From: an uncultured Nitrospiraceae bacterium
Lineage (GTDB): Bacteria; Nitrospirota; Thermodesulfovibrionia; Thermodesulfovibrionales; SM23-35
DNA length: 64,000 bases
Reading direction: 5' to 3'
Assembly: GCA_963727775.1 (NCBI GenBank)
Contig: CAVSHB010000002.1
Coordinates: 608,001 to 672,000, forward strand
Shown here: positions 1 to 9,541 of the stretch, in pieces
Layout: every line of letters starts with the position of its first letter
Position numbering within the stretch: position 1 is the first letter of the stretch
Notes under the pieces: model-generated
Told to the model about the DNA's origin: nothing
The model's database searches: none
Seen by the model: the letters and a program-made list of their open reading frames with translations, nothing else
Position numbers and translations under genes: made by a program

Positions 1-54
1 AAGCCGGCCGGCTGCAAGGTTAGAAGCCAACAAGCTTGGAAGCTCAGAGTCCGG

Positions 55-1098
55 TCAAATTTTGTAGTAGTTCCGATACCATCCCACAAACTGCTTAATA
101 CCTTGCTCAATTGTTGTAACGGGCTTAAATCCTGCATCTTTCATTAAATCATCCACATCAGCACAAGTTGCCGGGACATCTCCGGGCTGAATAGGCAGAA
201 GGTTTTTCTTTGCTTTTTTCCCGAGACAATCCTCTAAGACCTCGATAAATCTCATTAGCTCAACAGGATTGTTGTTGCCTATATTGTATAGCTTGTAGGG
301 CGCATAACTTATAGCAGAATCGGGATTGTTTCCGTTCCATGCAGGATCAGGCTGTGGAATCATTTCAATAACCCTGACAACTCCCTCTATGATGTCATCA
401 ATATAGGTAAAATCCCGCTGCATCTTTCCGTAATTGAATACATCTATCGGTTTCCCCTCTAAGATAGCCTTTGTAAAAAGAAATAATGCCATGTCCGGAC
501 GGCCCCAGGGTCCATAAACAGTAAAAAACCGCAACCCAGTACAGGGCAGGTTGTAGAGACTTGCATAGGTATGAGCCATAAGCTCATTCGACTTTTTGGT
601 TGCTGCATACAATGAGACAGGATGATCTACGTTATGATGAACAGAAAACGGCATTTTTGTGTTTGCTCCGTAGACAGAGCTTGATGAGGCGAACACAAAG
701 TGCTTAACCTTACTATGTCTGCACCCTTCAAGTATATTGACAAACCCGACAATATTGCTGTCTATGTACGCATGAGGATTTATTATGGAATATCTCACCC
801 CTGCCTGTGCAGCAAGGTTAACTACAACGTCAAATCTTTCATCAGAAAAAATTCTGGCTACTGATTCCCGTTCTTTAAGATCTATCTTTATAAGTTTAAA
901 ATTCTTGTTTCCTTCAATCTGTTTGAGTCTGTCAATTTTGAGATTGACATCATAATAATCATTGAGATTATCGATACCGGTTATTTCATTGTTATTTTGC
1001 AGCAACTTTTTACAAAGGTGAAACCCGATGAAACCTGCTGCACCAGTGACCAAAATCTTTTTACGGTTCAATTTTGTCTCCTTCCATAAGTTTATCAA
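55..1098 (-). CDS. NAD-dependent epimerase, UDP-glucuronate 4-epimerase type (CapI/WcaG-like)
   Basis: GAAGFIG Rossmann motif, [17 protein letters not shown] catalytic motif, GPWGRPDMA. Confidence 0.93.
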   Translation of the reverse strand: MINLWKETKLNRKKILVTGAAGFIGFHLCKKLLQNNNEITGIDNLNDYYDVNLKIDRLKQIEGNKNFKLIKIDLKERESVARIFSDERFDVVVNLAAQAGVRYSIINPHAYIDSNIVGFVNILEGCRHSKVKHFVFASSSSVYGANTKMPFSVHHNVDHPVSLYAATKKSNELMAHTYASLYNLPCTGLRFFTVYGPWGRPDMALFLFTKAILEGKPIDVFNYGKMQRDFTYIDDIIEGVVRVIEMIPQPDPAWNGNNPDSAISYAPYKLYNIGNNNPVELMRFIEVLEDCLGKKAKKNLLPIQPGDVPATCADVDDLMKDAGFKPVTTIEQGIKQFVGWYRNYYKI

Positions 1099-1270
1099 AA
1101 AAGCAAAAAAAACTCCAAGTGATTTGCAGGCAAAGTGTCCAGGTCAACAGGCCACAATCTTCTAATTTTTATAGATTATAAATGGACTTTTTTCGAAAGA
1201 AAAAACTTGCTTTTTGAGATGGGATTTAATATTTTTATAGAAACGATAATAATCGTTGGGAAGGTGATCA

Positions 1271-1435
1271 ATGATTGATTTGACCGGAAAGATAGTGGTT
1301 GTTGAAACGCCTGAAACGACTTATACAGGGAAGCTCATTGAGATAGGGGAGGAGGAAATTCATCTTGAATCGGAAATCGGATGGATTGTCATACCTGTGG
1401 AAAGGGTCACTTCAATCAAAGAAAAGGAAGATTAG
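1271..1435 (+). CDS. 54-aa Sm/LSm/Hfq-like small beta-barrel protein (not in ORF track)
   Basis: Manual translation MIDLTGKIVVVETPETTYTGKLIEIGEEEIHLESEIGWIVIPVERVTSIKEKED; RBS AAGGTG upstream; Sm1/Sm2-like spacing. Confidence 0.7.
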   Translation: MIDLTGKIVVVETPETTYTGKLIEIGEEEIHLESEIGWIVIPVERVTSIKEKED

Positions 1436-2196
1436 CCCATATCACCTAATAAGAACTGCGCCAGCGCCACTGCTGTGATCGCTGCGGTTTCAGCCCTGAG
1501 AATTCTTTTGCCCAATGAAATAACAAAGAACCCTTTTGCTTCGGCAAAGGCTATTTCTTCTTTTGTAAATCCGCCTTCAGGGCCGATGATTATAATTAAT
1601 TCCTTGCCGCCCCCCTTTACTAATGAGGGAATGGGGTCCTCGATTTTTTTTAATGACTCAACCGCTTCTGATAGTTTCAGTCCGCCTTCTTCATAAAATA
1701 TGAAACCATGAGTCATGGAGCTAGCAAAGCAGGAGGGCAAAAATTGTTCGAATTCAACAGGCTCATGAATTACCGGTACTAAACTTCTTCCCGATTGTCT
1801 CGACGACTCCCCGGCAATTTTTCTCCACCGCGTAATCTTCTTAGTCTCTCTCAGCTGGCTTCTGCCGGTAACGACAGGGACTATTTCTTTCACCCCGAGT
1901 TCCGTAGCCTTTTGAATGACAAGGTCCATTTTTTCACCTTTTAATAAGCCTTGCACAAGAATTATGTCTATGGGAGATTCGATATCGCATAGAAATTTTT
2001 CCGTCACCTCTGCGGTTATTTCTTTTTTTTCAGACTTTATTATCGTTGTCTTGAAACATTTGCCTTCTCCGTCAAAGACGGTCAGCTCATCGCCTTTTTT
2101 GCACCTGAGGACTGATATGAGATAACGGGCCTTCTCGTCTGTGATAGATATCGTGTTATCTACGATATTAGTCTTCGGCAGGTATATCCTCGGCAT
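1432..2196 (-). CDS. rsmE: 16S rRNA m3U1498 methyltransferase
   Basis: QKATELGV, IGPEGGF, LGKRILRAETA motifs. Confidence 0.96.
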   Translation of the reverse strand: MPRIYLPKTNIVDNTISITDEKARYLISVLRCKKGDELTVFDGEGKCFKTTIIKSEKKEITAEVTEKFLCDIESPIDIILVQGLLKGEKMDLVIQKATELGVKEIVPVVTGRSQLRETKKITRWRKIAGESSRQSGRSLVPVIHEPVEFEQFLPSCFASSMTHGFIFYEEGGLKLSEAVESLKKIEDPIPSLVKGGGKELIIIIGPEGGFTKEEIAFAEAKGFFVISLGKRILRAETAAITAVALAQFLLGDMG

Positions 2197-2204
2197 TTGA
2201 TCGT

Positions 2205-2648
2205 CTATTTCTTTAAAACGGATTTTAACAGAATGAGTATGATGCCGACGGTCAATGCTGAGTCGGCAACATTGAATGAAGGCCAGTGGTAGCTGCCTAT
2301 TGAAAAATCTATGAAGTCTACAACTTTTCCGTAAAGAATCCTGTCGATTAGATTCCCTATTGCTCCGCCGAGAACAAGTGAGAGGCCTAAGCTGTTGTAG
2401 ATATTCCTGATCAGAAGATTTATTACAAAAATTATTGCTATAACCGATATCCCGATAAAAAAGCTGCTGCCGAGGGATTTGAACATTCCGAACGCGGCGC
2501 CCGTATTCCTGATATTTACTATATGCAGGAAGGGAAATATTTCGATAGAATCAAACAGCGGCAGGTATCCGATAATGAGGAACTTCGTTATCTGGTCCAA
2601 TGCGATGACGGACAAGACAATGAACAAAATATATGCGGGTTTTTTCAT
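2205..2648 (-). CDS. lspA: Lipoprotein signal peptidase II
   Basis: DQITK, NTGAAFG, GNLIDR, VVDFID, FNVADS motifs. Confidence 0.96.
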   Translation of the reverse strand: MKKPAYILFIVLSVIALDQITKFLIIGYLPLFDSIEIFPFLHIVNIRNTGAAFGMFKSLGSSFFIGISVIAIIFVINLLIRNIYNSLGLSLVLGGAIGNLIDRILYGKVVDFIDFSIGSYHWPSFNVADSALTVGIILILLKSVLKK

Positions 2649-2698
2649 TAAGCACTCCTGATAATCCTGTTTAATTCTGTTCGTGATAAGAAAGAGAA

Positions 2699-5521
2699 TT
2701 ACTTCCCGAAAATTACCTTATGGCACCTATCGCAGATGTCCGGCGCTTCTGTAAATGTGCCGACTGCTTCGCTCCAGTTCCAGCAACGCTGGCATTTTGA
2801 ACCGGGAGCCCTTTCGACTTTTATCTCAAGACCTCCTATCTCCGTGCTTTGGTAGGAGCCTTCGCTGCTTTTGTCAGTAGCTTCAACTGCCGAGACGATA
2901 AAGAATGTCGGCAAAAATTTTCTATCTCCCAAAAGAAGGGCATTATATTTTTCAGGAAGGCGGAGTGTTATCTTTGCCTCAAGCGAATTCCCGAGGAACC
3001 TTTCCGCCCTTTTTATCTCGATCGCCTTATTTACCTCATTTCTCAATGAAAAGAGACTGCCCCATTTCTCTTCGAGCGCAAGGTCAAGATATGTTTCGTC
3101 AACTTCGGGGAATGAGGTGAGAAAGACGGATTCTTCCGTGTCTTTTCCCCCTTGTTCTCTGCTCTCTGCTTTTTGCTTTATGCTCTGCCAGACTTCTTCC
3201 GCGGTGAATGAGATGACCGGGGACATTAAGCGGGTCATTGTTGAGAGGATCCGGGAGAGCACCCATTGTGCCGCGCGTCTTTCTTTTGAATCAGTCCTGA
3301 AAGTATAGAGCCTGTCTTTCAGCACATCAAAATAGAACGAGCTCATGTCGACAATACAAAAATTGTAGATGCTGTGAAAAGCTTCATGGAAATCGAAACT
3401 CTCATAGGCGGAAGTTACCTTCCCTGTGAAGGTCTGCAGCCTGCTCATGGCCCATCTGTCTATCGCCAGCATGTCTTTGCCGTAATCGCCGTAATCGAAG
3501 TCGTGGATGTTCCCGAGTAGAAACCTGCACGTATTTCTTATCTTCCTGTACGCTTCGGTCAATCTGTCGAGTATCTCCTTTGATATCCTTATATCGTCCC
3601 TGTAGTCCTCTGCAGATACCCATAATCTCAGGATCTCCGCGCCGTTGGCTTTTATGACTTCCTGCGGGGCTATAACATTGCCGAGGGATTTGGACATTTT
3701 TTTGCCTTGGCCGTCAACCACGAAACCGTGGGTGAGCACGGTCCTGTAAGGGGCCTTGCCCCTTGTGCCGACAGACGTAAGCAGCGAACTCTGGAACCAT
3801 CCCCTGTGCTGGTCGCTCCCTTCGAGGTACATATCGGCAGGCCAGGAAAGCCTGTCGTCAGCTTCCATGACAGCCGCATGGCTTACTCCGGAATCAAACC
3901 ACACATCAAGAATGTCCATCTCTTTTGAAAACGATCCGCCACCGCATTTCCTGCACTTGTATCCCTGCGGCAGAAACTCCTCCGCTTTTTTCATGAACCA
4001 TATATCGGCGCTGTGGGTTTCGACCAGCTTGACTATTCCGGCCAGGACATCGGCGTCTGTTACAAACTCTTCACAACCTTCACACCTGAGTACAGTTATC
4101 GGCACGCCCCAAGCCCTCTGTCTTGATATGCACCAGTCGGGCCTGTTCGAGACCATGCCGTGGATCCTTTCGCGGCCCCATGAGGGGACCCATCCTGCCT
4201 TATCGATCTCTGAAAGGGCGTTTTTTCTTAGCCCGTTCTTTTCCATTGAGATGAACCACTGTTCCGTCGCCCGGAAGATCACCGGCTTTTTGCACCGCCA
4301 GCAATGAGGATATGAATGGGTGATCTTTTCCTCTTTTATCAAAGCATTTTTGTCCTTGAGTATGTCTATGATTTCGGCGTTTGCCTTGAAAACAAACTTG
4401 CCCTGTAAAGGCGAATCCTGTTCGACCCCGGCGAATCTGAACTTGCCGTATTTATCCACCGGAGCATAGATGTCCAGCCCGTACTTCAAGCCGGTCTCAT
4501 AGTCGTCTTCGCCATGGCCGGGAGCAACATGGACGATGCCGGTACCTTCTTCGAGAGATACAAATTCACCCAGGACCGTTTTCGATTGCCTACAAATAAA
4601 CGGATGCTGCGCGTACATGCCTTCAAGGTTTTTCCCGGTAGTCCTTGTAATAACATTTCCCGTGAGACCGATCTTTTCTCTGAGAGGCCCGACCCTGCCT
4701 TCCGCAACAATATAAACTTCATTGTCCGTTTCAATCCCTACGTAATCGAAATCAGGGTGAAACGCGAGGGCGAGGTTTGCCGGGAGTGTCCAGGGAGTGG
4801 TGGTCCATATTACAACAAACACGCTTTTTCCCTGGAGCTGTGGAAAAAATCTTTTTGTATTCTCCTCGTCAATAGCGAATTTGACGAATATGGAAGGCGA
4901 TTCTTTATCAGCGTATTCAACCTCTGCTTCCGCAAGGGCCGTAATGCATGACGGGCACCAGTGTACCGGCTTTTTTCCTTTGTAGGCGTAACCGGCTTCA
5001 AAAAATTTACAGAACTCCCTTACGATTGTAGCTTCATATGAGTACGACATTGTCAGGTAAGGTTTCATCCAGTCGCCTAATCCGCCGAGCCTTTGGAACT
5101 CATTTCTCTGGATCTCAACGAACCCTGCCGCATATTCCTTGCAGAGTTTCCGCTTCCCGAGGATATCGAGCTTGTCTTTCTTGTCCCCAAGGTTTTTATC
5201 AACCTGGAGTTCTATCGGCAGGCCGTGGCAGTCCCAGCCCGGCACATATGGCGAATAATACCCTTTCATCGCTTTGTATTTGACGATAATGTCCTTGAGT
5301 ATCTTGTTCAACGCATGGCCGATGTGTATGTGACCATTAGCATAGGGAGGTCCGTCGTGGAGGATGTAATGCGGGTTTTGCTTCCTCTGCTCAAGGATTT
5401 TTTCGTATATCTTTTTCTCTTCCCAGAACTTTATTATCTCCGGCTCCTTTTGTGTGAGGTTGGCCTTCATAGGGAAATCGGTCTGCGGAAGATTCAGCGT
5501 GTCCTTATAATCTTTCGACAT
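2699..5521 (-). CDS. ileS: Isoleucine--tRNA ligase (type 1)
   Basis: DGPPYANG, HIGH, GWDCHGLPIE, KMSKS, C-terminal zinc finger; start reassigned to MSKDYKDTLNLP at 5521. Confidence 0.98.
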   Translation of the reverse strand: MSKDYKDTLNLPQTDFPMKANLTQKEPEIIKFWEEKKIYEKILEQRKQNPHYILHDGPPYANGHIHIGHALNKILKDIIVKYKAMKGYYSPYVPGWDCHGLPIELQVDKNLGDKKDKLDILGKRKLCKEYAAGFVEIQRNEFQRLGGLGDWMKPYLTMSYSYEATIVREFCKFFEAGYAYKGKKPVHWCPSCITALAEAEVEYADKESPSIFVKFAIDEENTKRFFPQLQGKSVFVVIWTTTPWTLPANLALAFHPDFDYVGIETDNEVYIVAEGRVGPLREKIGLTGNVITRTTGKNLEGMYAQHPFICRQSKTVLGEFVSLEEGTGIVHVAPGHGEDDYETGLKYGLDIYAPVDKYGKFRFAGVEQDSPLQGKFVFKANAEIIDILKDKNALIKEEKITHSYPHCWRCKKPVIFRATEQWFISMEKNGLRKNALSEIDKAGWVPSWGRERIHGMVSNRPDWCISRQRAWGVPITVLRCEGCEEFVTDADVLAGIVKLVETHSADIWFMKKAEEFLPQGYKCRKCGGGSFSKEMDILDVWFDSGVSHAAVMEADDRLSWPADMYLEGSDQHRGWFQSSLLTSVGTRGKAPYRTVLTHGFVVDGQGKKMSKSLGNVIAPQEVIKANGAEILRLWVSAEDYRDDIRISKEILDRLTEAYRKIRNTCRFLLGNIHDFDYGDYGKDMLAIDRWAMSRLQTFTGKVTSAYESFDFHEAFHSIYNFCIVDMSSFYFDVLKDRLYTFRTDSKERRAAQWVLSRILSTMTRLMSPVISFTAEEVWQSIKQKAESREQGGKDTEESVFLTSFPEVDETYLDLALEEKWGSLFSLRNEVNKAIEIKRAERFLGNSLEAKITLRLPEKYNALLLGDRKFLPTFFIVSAVEATDKSSEGSYQSTEIGGLEIKVERAPGSKCQRCWNWSEAVGTFTEAPDICDRCHKVIFGK

Positions 5522-5537
5522 TTCGCAGTTTACTCTC

Positions 5538-7640
5538 TTATTTCTCTTCAGCCTTGTCTTTTTTCTGCGCTTCGCGTTCGGCAATAATCTTTTGGGTCAG
5601 GTGGCTCGGAAGCTCCTCATAATGAGAAAATTCCATTGAATAAAGCCCTCTTCCGGAAGTCAGACTGACGAGCTGGTTTGCATAAGTGAGCATCTCGGAC
5701 ATGGGGACTTGAGCGTTTATCTTCTGGTTGCCGCCGGCCTGAGGCTCTACCCCCTGGACTCTGCCCCTCTTGGAATTCAGGTCTCCTATTACCGCGCCGA
5801 GTGTGTCGTCAGGGGTTATGACTTCAACTTTCATTATCGGTTCGAGCAGAATGGGTTTTGCATCCTGAACAGCCTTTCTCAGTGCCATAGATCCCGCGAT
5901 CTTAAATGCCATTTCCGAAGAATCGACTGTATGGTATGAGCCGTCGACTAACGAAACCTTAATATCCACCAGGGGATATCCGGCGATGACACCGTCTTTC
6001 ATGGTCTCTACAACACCCTTTTCGACCGCGGGCCTGTATTGCTGGGGAATGACTCCACCGACAATCTTGTCTTGGAATTCATAACCTCCGCCTCTGGGCA
6101 ACGGCACTACTTCCAATGAGCAATCGCCGTATTGTCCGCGGCCACCCGACTGTTTCTTGTATTTTCCCTGTGCCCTTGTTGGGACCTTGATCGTTTCCCT
6201 GTAAGGGACCTTGGGGGTTTTCATCAGGACCTCGACGCCGAATTTTCGTTTCAGTCTTTCGAGGGTCACTTCGAGATGTACCTGTCCCATACCTGAAAGG
6301 AGCATCTCCTTTGTCTCCTCGTCCCTCTGGAACTTCAGGGTCGGGTCTTCTTCAAGTATGCGGTGAAGACCGGTGCCGATCTTGTCTTCATCACCCTTGG
6401 ATTTCGAAGCTATCGCATACGATATTATGGGGTCGGCAAATTTTACCTTTTCGAAGACAATCTGTTTTGCTTCCTCGGAGAGCGTGTCTCCCGTATATGT
6501 ATCTTTGAGTTTTGCAACAACACCGATCTCGCCCGGTCCGATGGCCTGTGCCGGGACCTGCTTTTTCCCAAGGAGGTAAAAGACCTGGCCGATCCTCTCC
6601 TTTGACCCTGTCATTGTGTTCAGGACATTCGAGTCTGCCTTAAGTACGCCGGAATAGACCCTGAATATGGAGAGTCTTCCCGCAAATGGGTCTGCGATAG
6701 TCTTAAAAACATAAGCCGACATGGGATCTGTCTGCAAAGGTTTTCTCTCCGCATCCTTCCCGTCCTTGGGGTTTTTCCCTTTAATCGGTGATATCCTTGA
6801 CATTGCTTCAGGAGAAGGAAGGCAGAGGATCATGGTATCGAGAAGTTCCTGGATTGCTATATTCTTAAGTGCCGAACCACAGGTGACCGGGATGAACCTC
6901 TTTGTCAGCGCACCCCATTTTACTCCCTTTATGATCTCCTCGTCTGTTAATGCCCCTCCCTCGAGATATTTCTCAAGCAGGGCATCGTCGGATTCCGCAA
7001 TCTTTTCTATAAGCTTCTTCTGGTATGCCTCGACCTCCGGAAGCATATCGGAAGGAATTTCAGATTCTTGTGCCTTACCGGTATCAAATGTGAAGGCCTT
7101 CATCTTTACCAGATCGACAATCCCCCTGAAACTTTCACCGGTGCCTATAGGTAGCTGCAGCGGCAAAGGCTCTGTTTCAAAGGACTTTTCGAGCTCTCCG
7201 ATGGCCCTCGAAAAATTCGCGTTGTCCTTGTCCATTTTATTTATGAAAACAACTACCGGTAATTCGAATTCGGACGCATACTTCCATATCTTTTGCGTTT
7301 CGGCTTTGACCCCCGAGATGGCACTCACGATGACTACTGCCCCGTCAACAGCCCTCAGACAACCACGGGTATCCTCAAGGAAGTTGATAAACCCGGGCGT
7401 ATCAATCAGGTTTATCCTGTAACCATTCCAGTTGCAAAAGGCAAGTGAAGAAGTGATCGTTATCTTCCGCGCTATTTCTTCCGGCTCATGATCGGTCGTT
7501 GATGTGCCGTCGTCGACTCTTCCGAGCCTGTCTATTGAGCCTGAATCAAAAAGGACCGCCTCGACCAAAGACGTCTTGCCGGCGCCTCCGTGCGCAATAA
7601 CAGCAATGTTCCGAATCTTATCAACCTCAAAGTTTGCCAT
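5538..7640 (-). CDS. fusA: Elongation factor G paralog (EF-G2 type)
   Basis: HGGAGKT, DTPG, NKMD, GMGQVHLE, KQSGGRGQYG; RKITI replaces RGITI; not in an rpsL-rpsG operon. Confidence 0.9.
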   Translation of the reverse strand: MANFEVDKIRNIAVIAHGGAGKTSLVEAVLFDSGSIDRLGRVDDGTSTTDHEPEEIARKITITSSLAFCNWNGYRINLIDTPGFINFLEDTRGCLRAVDGAVVIVSAISGVKAETQKIWKYASEFELPVVVFINKMDKDNANFSRAIGELEKSFETEPLPLQLPIGTGESFRGIVDLVKMKAFTFDTGKAQESEIPSDMLPEVEAYQKKLIEKIAESDDALLEKYLEGGALTDEEIIKGVKWGALTKRFIPVTCGSALKNIAIQELLDTMILCLPSPEAMSRISPIKGKNPKDGKDAERKPLQTDPMSAYVFKTIADPFAGRLSIFRVYSGVLKADSNVLNTMTGSKERIGQVFYLLGKKQVPAQAIGPGEIGVVAKLKDTYTGDTLSEEAKQIVFEKVKFADPIISYAIASKSKGDEDKIGTGLHRILEEDPTLKFQRDEETKEMLLSGMGQVHLEVTLERLKRKFGVEVLMKTPKVPYRETIKVPTRAQGKYKKQSGGRGQYGDCSLEVVPLPRGGGYEFQDKIVGGVIPQQYRPAVEKGVVETMKDGVIAGYPLVDIKVSLVDGSYHTVDSSEMAFKIAGSMALRKAVQDAKPILLEPIMKVEVITPDDTLGAVIGDLNSKRGRVQGVEPQAGGNQKINAQVPMSEMLTYANQLVSLTSGRGLYSMEFSHYEELPSHLTQKIIAEREAQKKDKAEEK

Positions 7641-7660
7641 AAATTCCCCCTATATTTAAG

Positions 7661-8104
7661 TTAGTCTAAAATTTCCTCGATGACCGGTTTCGTCTCTGTC
7701 TTTTTCGATATTCTGCTGCTCCATATTTTTACAACCGCAAAGGATATTATGAACGCGCCGAATCCGAAGACGGCGGAAACGATGTCAGGGTCGAGTTCCT
7801 GCAAAAAATGGCTGAAGACTTCTTTGCCGATGACCGCTCCTATAATCAGGGCAAGGGCGGGGATCCCATATACAACTACCGAGCCTCTCAGATATGTATA
7901 AGGTTTCATCACAATTCTGACCTTCTGTCCGACATGGGCATTGACGGGATTTAATGCCTCGATCTCCATGAATTGGTTCTCAGGCCTGCAGATACCCATG
8001 GTGCAGCCTTCGCAGGCGCTCTTCTGCGGTACGCAAACAATAGCAAGCATGCCGTCAATACTCTTGATAAGACCAACCTCCTCCACAGTTTTGAATTTTA
8101 ACAT
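7661..8104 (-). CDS. RseC/MucC family membrane protein
   Basis: SACEGCxxxxC motif followed by two TM helices (VVVYGIP...). Confidence 0.8.
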   Translation of the reverse strand: MLKFKTVEEVGLIKSIDGMLAIVCVPQKSACEGCTMGICRPENQFMEIEALNPVNAHVGQKVRIVMKPYTYLRGSVVVYGIPALALIIGAVIGKEVFSHFLQELDPDIVSAVFGFGAFIISFAVVKIWSSRISKKTETKPVIEEILD

Positions 8105-8297
8105 ATCGCATATTTAAAAGTCCTGACTTGGCAAGTAACCCGAAATACAGTTAGGAACATGCGGATGTCATGGAAAAATTTATTTTTCGCTACCTTTAGT
8201 GTACATTCAACAAATGATTCAGGGATTGGATATTTGACAAAATTATCCGTCTTTGGATAGGTTATATCGAAAAAATCACCCGGACAGTGAGGTCAGA

Positions 8298-9158
8298 ATG
8301 GAAATTATCCGGATACCGCATATAATGCGGGACACTTCAACCGGCCATATTCTATGTACGAAGTCAATAGGTTTTGTGCCGACGATGGGGGCATTGCATG
8401 AGGGTCATCTCAGTCTTGTCAGGAGGGCCAGGCAGGAAAATGATATAGCAGTGGTGAGCATATTTGTTAACCCGATCCAGTTCGGCCCCTCAGAAGATTT
8501 CACCAGGTATCCCCGGGACCTGGAAGGAGACATGGAGAAACTGCGGGTCGAAGTAGTGGATATCCTCTTTATCCCGGACATTTCATTGATGTATCCGGAG
8601 GGATTCTTGACCCATGTGGAAGTTGAGAAGATTTCGGATGAACTTTGCGGAGCATTCAGGCCGGGCCATTTCAAAGGAGTGGCAACTGTCGTGACAAAGC
8701 TTTTCCACATAATAAAACCTACAAGGGCATACTTCGGCCAGAAGGATTTTCAGCAGGCCGCCATTATAAGGAGGCTGGTTAAAGACCTCGATATGGACAT
8801 CGATGTGGTAGTGTGTCCGACTACAAGAGAGCGGGACGGTCTTGCGATGAGCTCCAGGAACGTATACCTTACTACAAAGATGAGAGAGGCGTCGACTATT
8901 ATCTACCGGTGTCTTACAGAGGCCTCGGACTCGATCAATTCTGGTATAATAAAAACTGGTCCTGTTAAGAGGGCGATGCACGAAAGGCTCCTTAATGAAC
9001 CTGCCGTGTCCGGTATTGATTATGCCGGCATATACGACCCTGAAACCCTTAATGAGCTTTCCGAGATTAAAAGCGCTGTACTGATCGCGATAGCGGTGAA
9101 GATCGGAAATACGAGGCTCATAGATAATATGCTTGTAAACACAAGGAAAGAGAGGTAA
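8298..9158 (+). CDS. panC: Pantoate--beta-alanine ligase
   Basis: FVPTMGALHEGH, RPGHF, GQKD, GLAMSSRN, RLIDN; ATG at 8298. Confidence 0.97.
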   Translation: MEIIRIPHIMRDTSTGHILCTKSIGFVPTMGALHEGHLSLVRRARQENDIAVVSIFVNPIQFGPSEDFTRYPRDLEGDMEKLRVEVVDILFIPDISLMYPEGFLTHVEVEKISDELCGAFRPGHFKGVATVVTKLFHIIKPTRAYFGQKDFQQAAIIRRLVKDLDMDIDVVVCPTTRERDGLAMSSRNVYLTTKMREASTIIYRCLTEASDSINSGIIKTGPVKRAMHERLLNEPAVSGIDYAGIYDPETLNELSEIKSAVLIAIAVKIGNTRLIDNMLVNTRKER

Positions 9159-9163
9159 CACGA

Positions 9164-9502
9164 ATGCTCCAAAGAGTTCATGTCCAGGTACTCGATAACC
9201 CGACAGAGGGCATTCTTTTTGATGATAATTCAACGGAAGTAAGCGGGACAAACAAGATACTCACGGAGGAACTTTCCAAGGAGATGAGTTATTTTTATCC
9301 TTCTGTTGTGTTTGTCGAATACATCGACCTGTTCATGGACGGGGATGAAGAATTCGACGATATAAAGGAACTTTTGCGCATGGGCGCGCTGAACACTCCT
9401 ATCGTCTTAATAAACGGGGTATTGAAGATCCACGGCGGCCTCCCGGCCACGGTGATCAGAAGGGAAGTGGAAAAACTCCTGTCCTCGGGGCCGATTCACT
9501 GA
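9164..9502 (+). CDS. Hypothetical protein with Cys-less thioredoxin-like fold
   Basis: C-terminal TPIVLING...HGGLP resembles the thioredoxin cis-Pro loop; RBS GAGG; follows panC. Confidence 0.55.
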   Translation: MLQRVHVQVLDNPTEGILFDDNSTEVSGTNKILTEELSKEMSYFYPSVVFVEYIDLFMDGDEEFDDIKELLRMGALNTPIVLINGVLKIHGGLPATVIRREVEKLLSSGPIH

Positions 9503-9516
9503 AGTATTAAAGCAGC

Positions 9517-9534
9517 CGCAGGCTTAAGCCTGCG
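9517..9534. repeat. REP-like palindrome CGCAGGCTTAAGCCTGCG between convergent genes
   Basis: Perfect palindrome; near-identical copy at 56030-56059. Confidence 0.65.
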
Positions 9535-9541
9535 TTCAGAA

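Noticed and set aside
2849..7422. Long antisense ORFs within ileS and fusA (also groL and the transposase)
   Set aside because: Shadow frames of well-supported genes
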